Shown: positions 25,101 to 40,100 of the stretch, one piece after another
Layout of the letters: each line of letters starts with the position of its first letter
Numbering within the stretch: the first letter of the stretch is position 1
The notes under the pieces: generated by a model
What the model was told of the DNA's origin: nothing
Database searches by the model: none
The model's input: only the letters and a program-made list of their open reading frames with translations
DNA from: Squalus acanthias
Taxonomy: Eukaryota
Assembly: GCA_030390025.1 (NCBI GenBank)
Contig: CM059427.1
Coordinates: 20,274,001-20,338,000 of the forward strand
Direction: 5' to 3'
DNA: 64,000 nt
Made by a program: the position numbers and the translations under genes

Positions 25101-28100
25101 ACATGAAACTATAGTTAAAGAACCAATATGTAAGTAATGGTTCTAGTTGCATGTTTTTCCTATCTTTACATATTAAACAAATAAATTTTAACCACTGAAT
25201 ACATTAAACTTAATACATTTTTCGAACTTGCAGCTGTCCCTGAACGCCCTGAAGAGCTTGAAGTAACAGCAGTCACAAAGCAATCGGTTAGCTTGAAATG
25301 GAACCCTCCTAAATACGATGGTGGCTCGGATATTACGATGTACATTCTTGAGTGCCGTCTTATTGGCAAAGATAAGTTCACCAAAGTTACTACAGAGAAA
25401 TTGTTAGATCGGATTTCTACACATAGTGGCTTAAAGGAAGGTGACACTTATGAGTACCGTGTCAGTGCAGTGAATGCTGTTGGCCAAGGGAAACCATCGT
25501 TCTGTACAAAACCAATAACTTGCAAAGATCAACTTGGTAAGACTTCTTACAAAAATGTTTTAAGAAATATCGTTTTTTTTTCCAGAAAGGCAATAACAGT
25601 GTAATATTATCTTTAGAACCACCAACACTTGAGCTGGATTTCCGCGACAAGTTTGTTGTGCGTGTTGGTGAATCTTTCAGCCTGACGGGAAAATATAAAG
25701 GGAAACCTGCACCAAAACTTTCTTGGTTTAAGGATGATGTTGCAGTTGAAGAAACTGATCGCCTAAAAATAAACACTACTCCATCAAAACTTTGTCTGGG
25801 AATTCTGAAAGGTATTCGTGATGACTCGGGTAAATACTGTGTAGTTGTGGAGAACAGCACAGGAGTACGAAAAGGTCTCTGTCAAGTGACCGTTGTTGGT
25901 AAGTTGGTTATTTTTTTAACCTTTTCAGTTTAAAATCTTGTAATATTGAGCTAGAAAACAGGATTGAAACAAAACGTTACTTTTTTCAGATCGTCCACAA
26001 CCTCCAGTTGGCCCAGTTGTGTTCCATGAAGTTCACAGAGATCACATGGTTATTTCCTGGAAACCGCCACTTGATGACGGAGGCAGTATGATCACTAATT
26101 ATATTGTTGATAAGAGAGACGCAAACCGAGAACTCTGGATGCCGGTTACTTCTTCAACTACTAACACAACTTGCAAGGTTCCAAAATTAATTGAGGGAAG
26201 AGAGTATATTATCCGTATCTATGCCGAAAACATGTATGGAATCAGTGATCCTTTGCTTTCAGAAGAAGTTAAAGCCAAAGATCGTTATAGTAAGTGTTGG
26301 ACTTCATAATTTTCTAGTCAGTATATTAAGCAGAAGACACAAGAAACAAGCAAATACTCAAAATAGCAAATTAAAAATCTTGCATTTTCTCCTAACTAGT
26401 TTCACCTAAGTAAGACAACATTCTGGTTTTGTATTAAGTATTATATTAAATATTTAACTTTTTAAATATTAAAAAATCACTTTAGTTATAAGTGTTGCGC
26501 ACAACAAACATGTTCTGTCTCATATTTTATCAACATGTTTGCAATGTATTAATAGTGGGTATATGTCAGGGAGAAATCTTTGGTTTTTTTTTTGTTTATT
26601 CAGTTTTTATTGTTTTCTCTAAAGGGGTTCCTGAAGCACCAGAACAACCAGTTATAAAGAATATTACGAAGGATTCTGTTGTGGTGGTTTGGAATAGACC
26701 ACGTGATGGCGGCAAGCCTATCATTAAATATATTGTGGAAAAGAAAGAAACCATGTCCAAACGCTGGTTAAGAGTATCCAGGGAGCCAATTTACCCAGAC
26801 ACTCAGTTCAAAGTAACTGATCTCCTTGAAGGCTGTGAATATGAATTCCGTGTTATGGCAGAAAATGAAATAGGAGTTGGTGATCCTAGTCCGCCATCCA
26901 AGCCCATCTTTGCAAAGGATCCAATTGGTATATAAAACTTATATTCAATTTTTCTTTCCTTAGAAATAATACTTTATGATGTATTTGTCAGATTTATGAT
27001 GACCATATTTTTAACTTTTTATTCAGTCAAACCAAGCCCACCTATTAATCCTGAAGCAGTGGACAAAACTAAATCTACTGTTGATTTGTCGTGGCTACCT
27101 CCGCGCCATGATGGAGGAGGCAAAATATTAGGTTATTTAGTGGAGTACCAGAAAGTTGGTGACGAAGACTGGAAGAAAGCTAATCACACACCGGATTCCT
27201 GCCCTGACACTCATTTGAAGGTGACGGGTCTTACTGAAGGTGATACATATAAATTCCGGGTTATGGCAGTCAATCAAGCTGGCGAATCAGATCTGGCTTA
27301 CGTCCGCGATCCAGTTCAAGCAAAAGACAGGCTTGGTGAGTGTTTTATAGGAATACCATGCGGATCATTCCACGTTGAAAAGTTTTGCTATTATTCCTAT
27401 TCTGTGTGGTTGATTCTGTTTACTCAAAATCTTTTTATTCCCGTTACAGAGGCTCCTGAATTGTTTGTGGACGCTAACATGACTCGACATATAAACCTAA
27501 AAGCAGGAACTACTTTAAACCTCAGTGCAACTATAAAGGGAATACCATTTCCAAAGGTCACATGGCAAAAGAATGACAAGGAAGTACCAATGAAAGCTGA
27601 TATTGAAATTACTTCAGTTAGCAGCAAGCTTGAAATCCGTAATACCGTTAGAGGTGACAGTGGATGTTATTCACTGACTGTTGAAAATGAAGCTGGAAGC
27701 AAGAATGCTGTGTGTACAGTTGCTGTATTAGGTAATATGGCTGGCGCATAAGGATTGTAGGAACAATCCGTGTTTTTAACTGAATCTTGATCTATTTGCC
27801 TTTTTTCCAGTAATTACAATATTAAGAATATGTTACTTATTTTCAGATAAACCTGGTCCACCACAAAACTTGAATATTAGTGAAGTTAGAAAGGATTCCT
27901 GCTATCTGACATGGAAGGAACCAGAAGACAATGGCGGTGCTGTCATCTCTAACTATATAATTGAGAAACGAGATGTTGCAGCCCCTAAGTGGATCCCTAT
28001 CTCATCCACAACCAAAAAGCACAGCATTATGGCTAGGTACTTAATGGAAGGCACCCAGTATTTGTTCCGTGTGGCTGCTGAAAATCAATACGGTAGAAGT

Positions 28101-31100
28101 AGCTTTACTGAATCAACAAAACCGATAAAGGCAACTGATCCAATATGTAAGTTCTTATTCACTAAAATTAATAATTTCACTTATTTAAGCTCACACGTTT
28201 GTACCCACAAAGGCTAAATTATCATGTTATTAACTTATTTTTATAGCTCCCCCTGGCCCTCCTAAGAACTTACACCATGTTGATGTAGACAAGACAGAGG
28301 TGTCTCTTCTTTGGAATTACCCAGATCGTGATGGAGGTTCTGAAATCACAGGATTTTTAGTTGAATACCAGGAAGAAGGGACACAAGACTGGATTAAATT
28401 CAAAACTGTTAGCATACCAGAATGTGTCGTAACTGGTTTAGAGCAAGGAAAGACATACAAGTTCCGTGTTAAAGCTCAAAATGCAGCTGGGCTTGGTCGT
28501 CCAGATACAACAGTGCCTATACTGTGCCAGGAGAAATTAGGTTTGTTATTTATATTGACTCATATTATTGCTTTGTGTTTTCCGTTGCTTTCAATCTGTA
28601 TTTCAGTGACATTTTCATGACATTCATTGGTTCATATATCCTTTTGTTTTATAGTGTCACCCTCGGTGGATATAGATGTAAAGTTGATTGAAGGTCTTGT
28701 TGTGAAGGCTGGCAGCACAGTCAGACTTCCTGCTTTGATGAGAGGTATTCCTCCTCCTTCAGTGAAGTGGGTCACTGACACTACTGAACTTAAATCAGAA
28801 GGCAATTACAAAATTGATACTGACAACTGCTCAACGGTGCTTACTATTAAGGATTGTACCAGAAAACATACTGGTGAATATATCCTTACTGTTTCCAATT
28901 CAGCTGGTAGCAAGACAGTGGCTCTACACTTAACAGTCCTGGATGTTCCTGACCCTCCAATTGGTCCAATCAATATCCTCGAAGTGACACCACAGCACAT
29001 GGTTATCTCTTGGCGTCCACCTAAGGATGATGGTGGAAGTCCTGTCATGAATTATATTGTTGAGAAACGAGAAACTAAGAAAGAAACCTGGGCTGTTGTT
29101 AGCTCTGGAGGCACAAGCACCCAAGTTAAAATTCCACGTCTTCAAAAAGGATGTGAATACATTATGCGTGTTCGAGCTGAAAACAAAATTGGCATTGGTG
29201 AACCACTAGAGTCTAAACCAACTGTCGCCAAGTACATGTTTGATGTTCCAGGCCCACCTACTAAACCAACTGTTTATGATATCACAGAAAATGCAGTAAC
29301 AGTTTCTTGGGGCATACCAAAGTATGATGGTGGTAGCCCAGTTATTGGTTACATTATGGAACGCAGAGAAACAACTGGTAAATGGATACGGGTGAATAAG
29401 ACACCAGTATTAGATCTAAAGCTGAGAACTGTTGGACTTTATGAAGGAAATGTGTATGAATTCAGAATATTTGCTGAAAATATTGCTGGTCTGAGTAACC
29501 CATCACCAATCTCTGATGCAGTCTCAGCAGTGCGTCCTTTCAGACCACCTGGACCACCCGTCAATCCGAAACTGAAAGACAAGTCTAGAGAAACTGTTGA
29601 CTTAGTCTGGACAAAGCCCACCAAGGATGGAGGCAGCCCAATTTTAGGATATATTGTAGAATGTCAGAAAGCGGCTACTACGGCGTGGAATAGAATTAAT
29701 AAAGATGACTTAATCAAACAATGTGCTTTTAGAGTACCTGGTCTAATTGAAGGCAATGAATACAGATTCCGTATAAAGGCTGCCAACGTTGTTGGTGAAG
29801 GTGAGCCAAGAGAACTACCAGAATCTGTAATTACAAAGGACATTCTTCATCCTCCAGAGCTAGCACTTGATATTGTTTGCCGTGATCTGGTCTCAGTTCG
29901 TGTGGGACAAACTATCACCATAACTGGGCGTGTTAAAGGCAGACCGGATCCAGAAATTACATGGTCAAAAGCTGGCAAGGTACTTTCTGCTGAGAAACGT
30001 ATAGAAATGAATAACGACTACCCTGTTATACAGCTCTTGATTAAAGAAGCAACCAGAGCTGACCATGGTAAATATAGTGTTGTTGCTAAAAATAGTAGTG
30101 GACAAGCCCAAGCTGCTGTTACCGTCAACGTCCTTGATAGACCTGGCCCTTGTAAGAATATCAAGGTAAGCTATGTCACTAAAGATTCCTGTATGCTTTC
30201 CTGGGAAAATCCAGAAGATAACGGAGGCTCAGAAATTACTAACTACATAGCAGAAAACCGTCAACCCAGCCAGAGAGGATGGTCTGTGATCTCATCTGAT
30301 TTGACTAAACGCTTGGTCAAGGTTCAAATTACAACAAATCAGGAGTACTTCTTCCGCGTTTGTGCAGAAAACAAAGTTGGACTAGGTCCAACTGTTGAAA
30401 CCAAAACACCAATCTTAGCCATTGATCCTGTTGAAAAGCCTGGAGAACCTGAAAATCTTCATGTTGCTGATATAGGAAAGACATTTGTTCTGCTTAAATG
30501 GAGGAGACCCGATTATGATGGTGGCAGTCCTAACCTGTCATATCATGTTGAAAGAAGGTTAAAGGACTCCGATGAATGGGAAAGAATACACAAAGGAGCT
30601 ATTAAAGAGACTAGTTTCATGGTTGACAGATGTATTGAGAACCAGAGCTATCAGTTTAGAGTTCAAACTAAGAATGAAGGTGGTGAAAGCAACTGGGTAA
30701 AGACAGATTATATTATTGTTAAGCAAGAATTGCAGAAACCAGTCTTGGATCTAAAGCTAACTGGAATACTAACTGTAAAAGCAGGTGAAACCATCAGAAT
30801 TGAGGCTACTCTAAGAGGCAAACCTCAACCAGAAGTTGTTTGGGTAAAGGACAAAGATGCAATTGATCTTAGCAGATCACCTCGAGCTAAGATTGAAACA
30901 ACTGCTGATGCATCCAGATTTATCGTAACTAAAGCTAAACGTGAAAACAGTGGCAAATATATAATCACTGCAACTAATCCAGCTGGTAGCTTTACAGCTT
31001 ATGCTACCGTGAATGTTTTGGACGTACCAAGTGAAGTGAGAAGCCTAAAGGTCTCTGGCATTGCAAGTGATAGGTGTAGAGTCAGCTGGGACCCACCAGC

Positions 31101-34100
31101 GGATGATGGTGGTTGTGAAATTCAAAGCTATACTCTGGAGAAATGTGAAAGTAAGCGAATGGTCTGGTCCGTATATTCCACTTCTATAATTTCTGATTAT
31201 GCAAATGTCACTCGTCTTATTGAAGGAAATGAATATATCTTCAGGGTACGTGCAGAAAACAAAATAGGTACAGGTCCACCAACAGAAACTAAGCCAATTG
31301 TAGCTAAGACACAGTTTAATAGACCTGGCCCTCCAGATGCACCAGAGATCAGTAAAGTTAGCAAGGAAGAAATGACTGTTGTATGGAATGCACCAGAAGA
31401 TGATGGTGGAAGATCAATCACAGGATATATATTGGAGAAGAAAGAGAAAAGATCTGTTAGATGGATACCAGTCACCAAGAGTCCAATCCCAGAGAGACGT
31501 ATGAAGGTTACAAATCTGATTCCTGGATATGAATACCAGTTTCGTGTCAAAGCTGGAAATGAAGTTGGATTAGGAGACCCAAGTGCACCTTCAAGACCAG
31601 TATTAGCAAAGGATCCTATGGGTATTTATTTTTTTAACATTTTGTGAATTTTCTAAACAGGAATATTTTGGTTCCTTTTTCACTCTTTAAATTTGCTGTC
31701 ACTCACACCGCATTCTCCTAATTCATTTCCTATTTTTTCTGTGCGCAGAACCTCCTGGTCCTCCAAGTGGTCTAAAGGTGATTGATAGTACAAAGACCTC
31801 CATTTCTCTTGGCTGGACCAAGCCAGTGTATGACGGTGGTTCTCCCATCACTGGTTATGTTGTTGAAATGAGACCAAAAGGTGTCAGCGAATCTCCTGAA
31901 GAAGGATGGAAGAAATGTAATGTTGCAGCTCAGCTTGTTCATACTCAATGTACTATGACCAGCCTCAATGAGAAAGAAGAATATGAATTTAGGGTTTCTG
32001 CACAGAACCAGGTTGGAATTGGTCAACCTGCTGAACTAAAAGAAGCAGTATCCCCAAAGGAGGTGTTGGGTATGTACTGCATTTTGCCTTTTTTCCCTTT
32101 GTGATGTAAGTAAAACATTTTGTTTATGTGATAATATTTCTTTACAGCAAAATAATTTCACACACACAATGGATTTTTTTCAGAACAACCAGAGATTGAC
32201 TTAGATGCAAGCCTGAGAAAGCTTGTAACCGTCAGAGCAGGATGTCCTATCAGGTTGTTTGCCACTATCAGAGGCCGACCCGCACCTAAAGTTGCCTGGA
32301 GGAGAATGGGAATAGACAACGTTGTCAGAAGGGGTCAAGTAGACTTAATTGACACAATGGCTTTCCTCGTCATTCCTGATAGTACTCGTGATGATTCTGG
32401 CAAATATTCACTGACACTTGTAAACGCAGCAGGCGAAAAGGCAGTGTTTGTGAATGTTAAAGTTCTGGGTGAGTAGTATTCAGTTTTTTTTTGTTCTCGA
32501 TGTTTCCTGATCTGAATTGATCATGGGGGAGGAATTTCTGAAGTGTGTTCAGGAGAACTTTCTTGATCAGTATGTTTCCTGCCCAACGAGGAAGGAGGCA
32601 GTGCTGGATCTAGTCCTGGGGAATGCAGTGGGTCAAGTGGAGAATGTCACAGTGGGGGAGCATCTCAGGAATAGTGATCATAGTATCATAAGGTTTAGAT
32701 TATGGAGAAGGATAAGAAGCAATCTAGAATAAAAATACTTAACTGGAGGAGGGCTAATTTTAGCGAATTGAGGAAAGATCTGGCTCGGGTAAATTGGAGT
32801 CAAAGACTGGCAGGCAGAAATGTAATGGAGAAATGGGCGGCCTTTAAAGAGGACATGGTTTGGGTACAGGTCTAGGTACATTCCTCAAGGGGGAAATGGA
32901 GGGCAACCAAAGCCAGGGCTCCCTGGATGATGAAGGAGTTAGAGAGTAGGATGAAGCAGAAAAAGGGGGCGTATGACAGATGTCAGCTTGATAATAAAAG
33001 GGAGAATCAGGCTGAATATAAAAAGTACAGAGGAGAAGTGAAAAAAGGATAAAAGAGGGGCAAAGAGACAATATGAGAATAGATTGGCAGCTAACATAAA
33101 AGGGAATCTAAAGGTCTTCTATGGGACAGTAAAAGGGTTGTCACAGGAGCGGTGGGGCCGATTAGGGACCAAATGGAGATCTATTGGTAGAGGCAGAAGG
33201 CATGGTTGAGGTACTGAGTACTTTGCATCAGTCTTTACCAAGGAAGAGGACTTTGCCAAAGCTATGGTAAATGAGGAGGTTGACAGGATACTGGATGAGA
33301 TAAAAATAGATAAAAAGGAAATGATAGAAAGGCTGGCAGTACTTAAAGTGGATAAGTCACCTGGTCCGGCTGGGAGGCATCCTAGGTTGCTGAGGGAAGT
33401 AAGGGTAGAAATTGTGGAGGTGCTGGCTACAATCTTCCAATCCTCCTTAGATACAGGGGTGGTGCCAAAGGACTGGAGTATTGCAAATGTTACACCCTTG
33501 TTCAGAAAAGGGGAGAAGGATAAACCTGGCAATTACAGGCCAGTCAGTTTAACGTCGGTGGTGGGGAAGCTTTTAGAAACAATAATCCGGGAGAAAATTA
33601 ACAGCCACTTGGACAAGCATGGACTAATAAAGCAGAGCCAGCACGGATTTGTTAAGGGCAAATTGTGTTTGACTAACTTGATTGAGTTTTTTCATGAGGT
33701 AATAGAAAGGGTGGATGAGGGCATTGCAGTTGATGTTGTGTATATAGACCTTCAAAAGGCATTTGATAAAGGACTAGATAATAGGCTTGTTAGCAAAATT
33801 GATGTTCAAGGGATAAAGGGGGCAGTAGCAACATGGATACAAAATTGGCCAAGGGATAGAAAATAGAGATTTATGGTGAATGGCAGTCTTTCGGACTGGA
33901 AGGAGGTATAGAGTGGAGTTCCCCAGGGTTCAGTACTAGGACCACTGCTGTTTTTGATATGCATTAATGACTTTGACTTGTACAGGGCACAATTTTGAAA
34001 TTTGCAGATGACACAAAACTTGGAAGTGTAGTAAACAATGAGGAAGGTAGTAATAGACTTCAAGAGGACATGGAATGGGTGGACACACGGTGGAATGGGT

Positions 34101-37100
34101 GGACACACGGCGGATGAAATTCAACACAGAAAAGTGTGAGGTGATACATTTTGGTAGGAAGAATGAGAGACAATACAAGCGAAATAGTACAATTTTAAAG
34201 GGGATACAAGAACAGAGAGACCTGGGGTGTTTGTGCACAAATCTTTGAAGGTGGCAAGACAGGTTAACAAAGCAATTAATAAAGTGTATGGGATCCTGGG
34301 CTTTATAAATAGAGGTGCATAGAGTATAAAGGCCAGGAAGTTATGCTAAACCTATATAAAACACTAGTTTGGCCCCAGCTGGAGTATTGTGTCCAATTCA
34401 ACTTTAGGAAGGACGTAAAGACTTTGGAGCGGTACAGAAGAGATTTACTAGAATGGTTCCATGGATGAGGGATTACAGTTACATGGATAGACTGGAGAAG
34501 CTGGGGTTGTTCTCCTTAGAGCAGAGAAAGCTGAGAGGAGATTTGATAGAGGTGTTTAAAATCATGAAGGATTTAGATTTGTAGAGATTAACTTATCTCT
34601 AGTCTTTCAAATAATCAGGATCGAGTGCAAACCAGTATGGTGGGTATATTGTATTTAATCAGAGTTTAGGACGGAATATAACACACTAGTTACACAACAA
34701 AAACATATAACCGTGACAAGCAGCTGGTACCGGACCCGATCGGACAGATGGCTGGCGTGCACGAACAACTCTTATTCATTCTCCTTCTTGTCTCACGTGT
34801 GTCTCTCTCTCTCTTTCTGAACTACCCAAGAGTGCTACACTAGGGTCAGCATGGGTCCACCCTCTGAAGAGTGTTAGACCACCGATTTCACTCTTGGGAG
34901 CCCCTCGCTCCACGGTCTCTTTTTAGTGGAGGGCCTGAGGTAGAATATGGACAGGACCATTTAACCCCTTAAAACAAGGTGCCCAATGGCATGTCGAGTT
35001 CTTTGCCTAAACGTACAGATGAAGACCCTCCCTCAAGGGGGGTGGGGTCTTCACAACCATTACACATGCTCTCTTGTTAATACGGTTTTGAAGGCCAATC
35101 CATCTGGATCCCTCTTGTCTCATCCAGCCCTGTCCTCCTTGGTGCAGCCAATGCATGTGCCAGGCACAATCTTGGGCCATTAAATCAGAGGCCCCAACTA
35201 GAGCTGTCTGCTCAACCAGCCACTATCCAAACTATCTCCTCTTAATCTAACAGACTATTCCATCCTGAGATAATACCTTAACTCCCATAAATTCCTTCTA
35301 TTCTATGTCCTTTATATTAATTAACTTTTAATTATCTTTGCAAGCAGTTCTGTTAAACGAACTCCAATTTCTACCTTAGCATTATAATATGGTTATTAGT
35401 AATAATGGAAGAAACATAGGTTGGGTCTTCATTGGCCAAATTAAAGACACATTAAACAAGGTCAAAATCCTAACTTACAAACAACTGACAGCTGGCCTGG
35501 CAGGCAAGGTCATGCTGTGGGCCCCTATGTGGAATGTTATGTATCATCTAATCTAACTAACTAAAACACTTTGTCTCAACTCTAATACAAGTTTTCCAGG
35601 AAATTGAAACTTATGCAGTTCCAGTAAGACACAACTTATACATTAACCCCTTACTTGTCTCGAGCAGAAACATACAATCATTTAAACACAGTATTATTCA
35701 CGTCACAGTTTCATTCACATAACCGTATACGTTTTTAGGCATCCTAATTTCTAACAGATTGAGTATATAAAGAGAAACTTTCCAATGGTTGAAGGTTCGA
35801 TAACCAGAGGGTACAGATCTAAGGTGATTGGCAAAAGAACCAGAGGCGAATTGAGGAAAACATTTTTATGCAATGAGTGGTTAGGATTTGGAATGAGCTG
35901 CCTGTTGGGGTGGTGGAAATAGATTCAATAGTAGCTTTCAAAAGGGAATTGGATAAATACTTGAAGGAGAAAAAATTGCAGGTATATGGGGAAAGAGCGG
36001 GGAGTGGGACTAACTGGAATGGTCTTCGAAAGAGCCGGCGCAGACTCGATGGGCCAAATGGCCTCCTTCTGTGCTGTACTATTCTATGATTCTAACTGAT
36101 TATTATCAATATGTTTTTTCACTTTCAGACACACCTGGGCCTGTCTCAGACTTTGAAGCTTCAGATGTTACAAAAACGGCATGTCATTTGTCTTGGTCAA
36201 TACCTGAAAATGATGGTGGTAGTCAAGTGACTCACTATATCTTGGAGAAGCGGGAAGCAGACAGAAAGACCTGGGGTAGTGTGATAAAAGATTTAAAGAA
36301 AACTAGTTTTACAGTGACCAACCTAGTGCCTGGAAGTGAATACTACTTCAGAGTAACTGCTGTCAATCAATATGGTTCTGGGGTTCCAAAGGACATTGCC
36401 AAACCAATTTTGGCAAGCGATCCAATCAGTGAGTAATTTATTTTTGTATTTTTCCTGTTAAACTAAGAAAAAAGAGCTGGATTGGCCAAATTGCCTTTTC
36501 TCACCACTAGCCTTATATTCTGGATATTATTTGATATCAAATAGTCTCAAAATAACAGTTTGCAATTTGATTTTTAGGTGAACCAGATCCACCCAAGAAA
36601 TTGGACGTCATTGATATGACGAAGAATAGTGCTTCACTGGCATGGTTACCACCTATTAGGGATGGAGGTGCTAAAATTGATGGTTATATCGTTGAATACC
36701 AGCAAGAAGACCAACCTGAGAAGCAGTGGACAGGATACTCTATCATCAAGGACCTGGCCATTCTTGTAACAGGCCTTAAGGAAGGAACTAAATACAAATT
36801 CAGAGTTGCAGCTAGAAATATTGTAGGGGCCAGCTTGCCCAGGGAAACTGAAGGAGTTTTTGAAATTAAAGAACAGCTGAGTAAGTAAACAGTAAATAAT
36901 TTCTTACAAATAAAGTGCCAGAATTGAAACAAACTTAAAAAAAAACACTGATGGAGACTTTCCAGATTGAGCATGATATCAGCTCATTATGGCAGTCGGA
37001 AAGCTTGAACCACTTTCAGGTTCATGCCTCATTAACATTATGTCAGCAAGCTGTAGATGCCAAATAGGTGCCATGCTGCAGCTCTCTGGTTTCCTACGAC

Positions 37101-40100
37101 GGAAAATTGTCCGCTGTAGCACACAGTCCCCCGGCAGGTAAAGCCTGTCGGGGGAGGGAGCAGATCTCGGGAGTGTAAGAACGGGCCGTCAGAGGGCCAA
37201 AAGAATTTTGTGGGGTCTGGAGGAGCACTCCTGCCCTTTCTGGACCCACCTTTTTGGAGGATTGCTGATTCGGCTTCTCAACACCTAGAGAAATAGGACT
37301 GGCGGGTGCTGTGCATGCTTCATCCATTTCTCTTTGAAAGTTGTAATTGGGGTACTCCAACAGGCGTAGGTTGCCTAACTAAACAGCTTCCTGTCTGTTT
37401 TGAGCGGGGTGCTCAGCTTCCATTTAGTCCCGCCTGAAAATTGATTCTGAGGGGCAAATGGACGCATTGAGGTCCCCACCAGAATTTCAATTGCCGGTCA
37501 CCCGTTTTTCAAGCGTGAAACGGGTGGCTAGTAGTTGAAATTCAACCCCTATGACTTTTTCAAGATATTTTCACATTTTAAGAAGATTTATATATATATA
37601 TATATTTATCACATTTCTCAGAGACATTTCAAGTGCTTCACATACAATGCATTACTTTGGCGTGCAACAACTACAATTTTGTAGGCAAGCATGGTAGCCA
37701 TTTTATACCCAGCAAAGTGCCATAAACAGCAATGACCTGAATAGTACCATCAAATTTGGAATGGACACCTGAATAGGGGCCTCAGTTTAACATCTTACAG
37801 TAACAAATTGGCACTTCCAACAACGCAGTACTCAATACTGCATTGAAGTGGCAGCCTAAATTATCTGTTCAAGTCCTGGACTGGAGCTTGAATCCACAAC
37901 CTTCTGACACGGAGGCAAAAGTTTACCAACAGAACTGAGCTGACATTTGGTAATTGTAGAAACATTGTGTAATAGTGGAAAGTATTAATAATTTGTTAAT
38001 AATTGTTAAGTAATTTAAGATGCTGACATAATAGGACCAAGTTCCTGAGTACGTACTGCTGGCGGGGAAGCTTGCCAGCTGGCTGTAATTATTGGGAGAT
38101 TGGGAAGCTCCCTGCCAGCAGCACATACTTGAAAAGTTGGCACTGATACATTTTAAGGAAGCATACAAATTTTAACAAAGGTTCACTCTGCATTAAGATT
38201 GAATTAATGCCATGTTTTTCTTATAGTGGCACCAAAGATTATCATGCCTGAATTCATAACTATCAAAGCTGGGCAGAAGCTTAGAATTGAAGCTCATATA
38301 GCTGGCAAGCCTGCACCAATTTGCAAGTGGTTGAAAAGTGATCAAGATATAATTCCATCTAGCCGCCTAGTTGTGCATAAGACAAAGAACTCTTCTGTAC
38401 TCATCATCAAAGATGTTACCAGGAAAGATAGTGGCTATTACACTCTTTCTGCCGAAAATAGCTCTGGCATCACCTCCCAGAAAATCCGTGTGGTGATAAT
38501 GGGTTTGTATATTTGTTACTTTGTGTCATGCTATGGATTTGCATGAACTGGAGCTGAGTAAATTGTTTTATATTAATCGTATTTGACAAAAACAGTATTA
38601 TTTAATCATTTCCTTATTGATGGTTAATGTCTTTCAGATATTCCTGGACCACCACAGCCACCATTTGACATTTCAGAAATTGATGCTGATGCATGCAGCC
38701 TTAATTGGCATATTCCATTTGAAGATGGTGGCAGCAACATAACAAACTATGTCGTAGAGAAGTGTGATTTAAGCCGTGGTGACTGGGTTACTATTGTGGC
38801 ATCTGTAACGAAAACAAACTGTAGAATTGGAAAACTTATCCCTGGACAAGAGTACATATTCCGTGTTCGTGCAGAAAATAGATTTGGCATTTCAGAACCT
38901 CTCACCTCTGATAAAATGATTGCAAAATATCAATTTGGTAAACTATGACAAAGTATTTGGGCTACACATTTTTCTTAATACACAAAATCTTGCTTGAGAG
39001 CTGACTATAATTAATTTTTATTTTTGTCCACAGATGTTCCGAGTGAACCAAGGAATGCACATATCACAAAGGTGAACAAAGACTGCATGTTTATAGCATG
39101 GGATAGACCAGAAAGTGATGGCGGTAGTCCCATCAGTGGATATGTTATTGAACGTAAAGAGAGAAACAGTCTTCTTTGGGTAAAGGCAAATGACACTGCT
39201 GTCCGTACCACTGAGTACCCGTGTTCCGGTCTGATTGAAGGGCTAGAATATACTTTCAGAGTCAGTGCACTGAACAGAGCGGGATCCAGCAAGCCTAGTA
39301 AACCAACTGAGTTTGCAACAGCTAGGACACCTGTTGGTAAGTATTCTAAAAAAAAAAATTGAAAATAATTATAAAATTAACTTTATAAGGTATTCTTAAA
39401 TTCTTTGGATTTTGTATCTTAAAGTTTTTGTATGTAAACTTAGAAACATGTACCCTTATTTTACAACAGATCCACCAGGCAAACCTGAAGCCACTGATGT
39501 CACAAATAGTACTGTTGCTCTTGTCTGGGCAAGACCCAAACATGATGGTGGGAGCAAACTAATTGGCTATTACGTTGAAGCCTGTAAATTACCTGGTGAT
39601 AAGTGGATACGGTGCAATACCAACTGCCAAAATGTACCTCATGAAGAATTCACTGTTACCAGTCTTGAAGAAGGAGCCCAGTATCAATTCAGGATCATTG
39701 CAAAGACTGCAATTAATATAAGCAAGCCATCTGAACCTTCAGACCCAGTGACCATCCTGGCAGAACATGGTACAAATTAATGTCATTTTATTGTATTATT
39801 TCCTACCTGATTCTCATCTTTCTGACATTGCAATTTTATAAGGCATGATAATTTTAGTGTCTTAACTTATAGAATAAAAATTATTCATATAATGCTTTGT
39901 TCAATTTACAGTTGCACCAAAAATTGATTTGGGTGTGTCCATGAAGTCTTTGATCACTGTAAAGGCTGGATCTAATGTGTGTCTAGACGCTAATGTCTTT
40001 GGAAAACCCATGCCAAAGATCACATGGAAGAAAGATGGTACAATAGTAATGTCTGCCGAAGGCATTAAGATAGCCAGAACAAGAAATCTGTGCACACTCG

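Noticed and set aside
25574-25585. Strong-looking alternative acceptor tttttttttccag upstream of exon 40
   Set aside because: Only 49 nt from the donor and 31 nt upstream of the real acceptor, so it would shift the frame; unlikely to be used.
34071-34110. Perfect 20-bp tandem duplication tggaatgggtggacacacgg
   Set aside because: Local slippage or repair scar inside a dead CR1.
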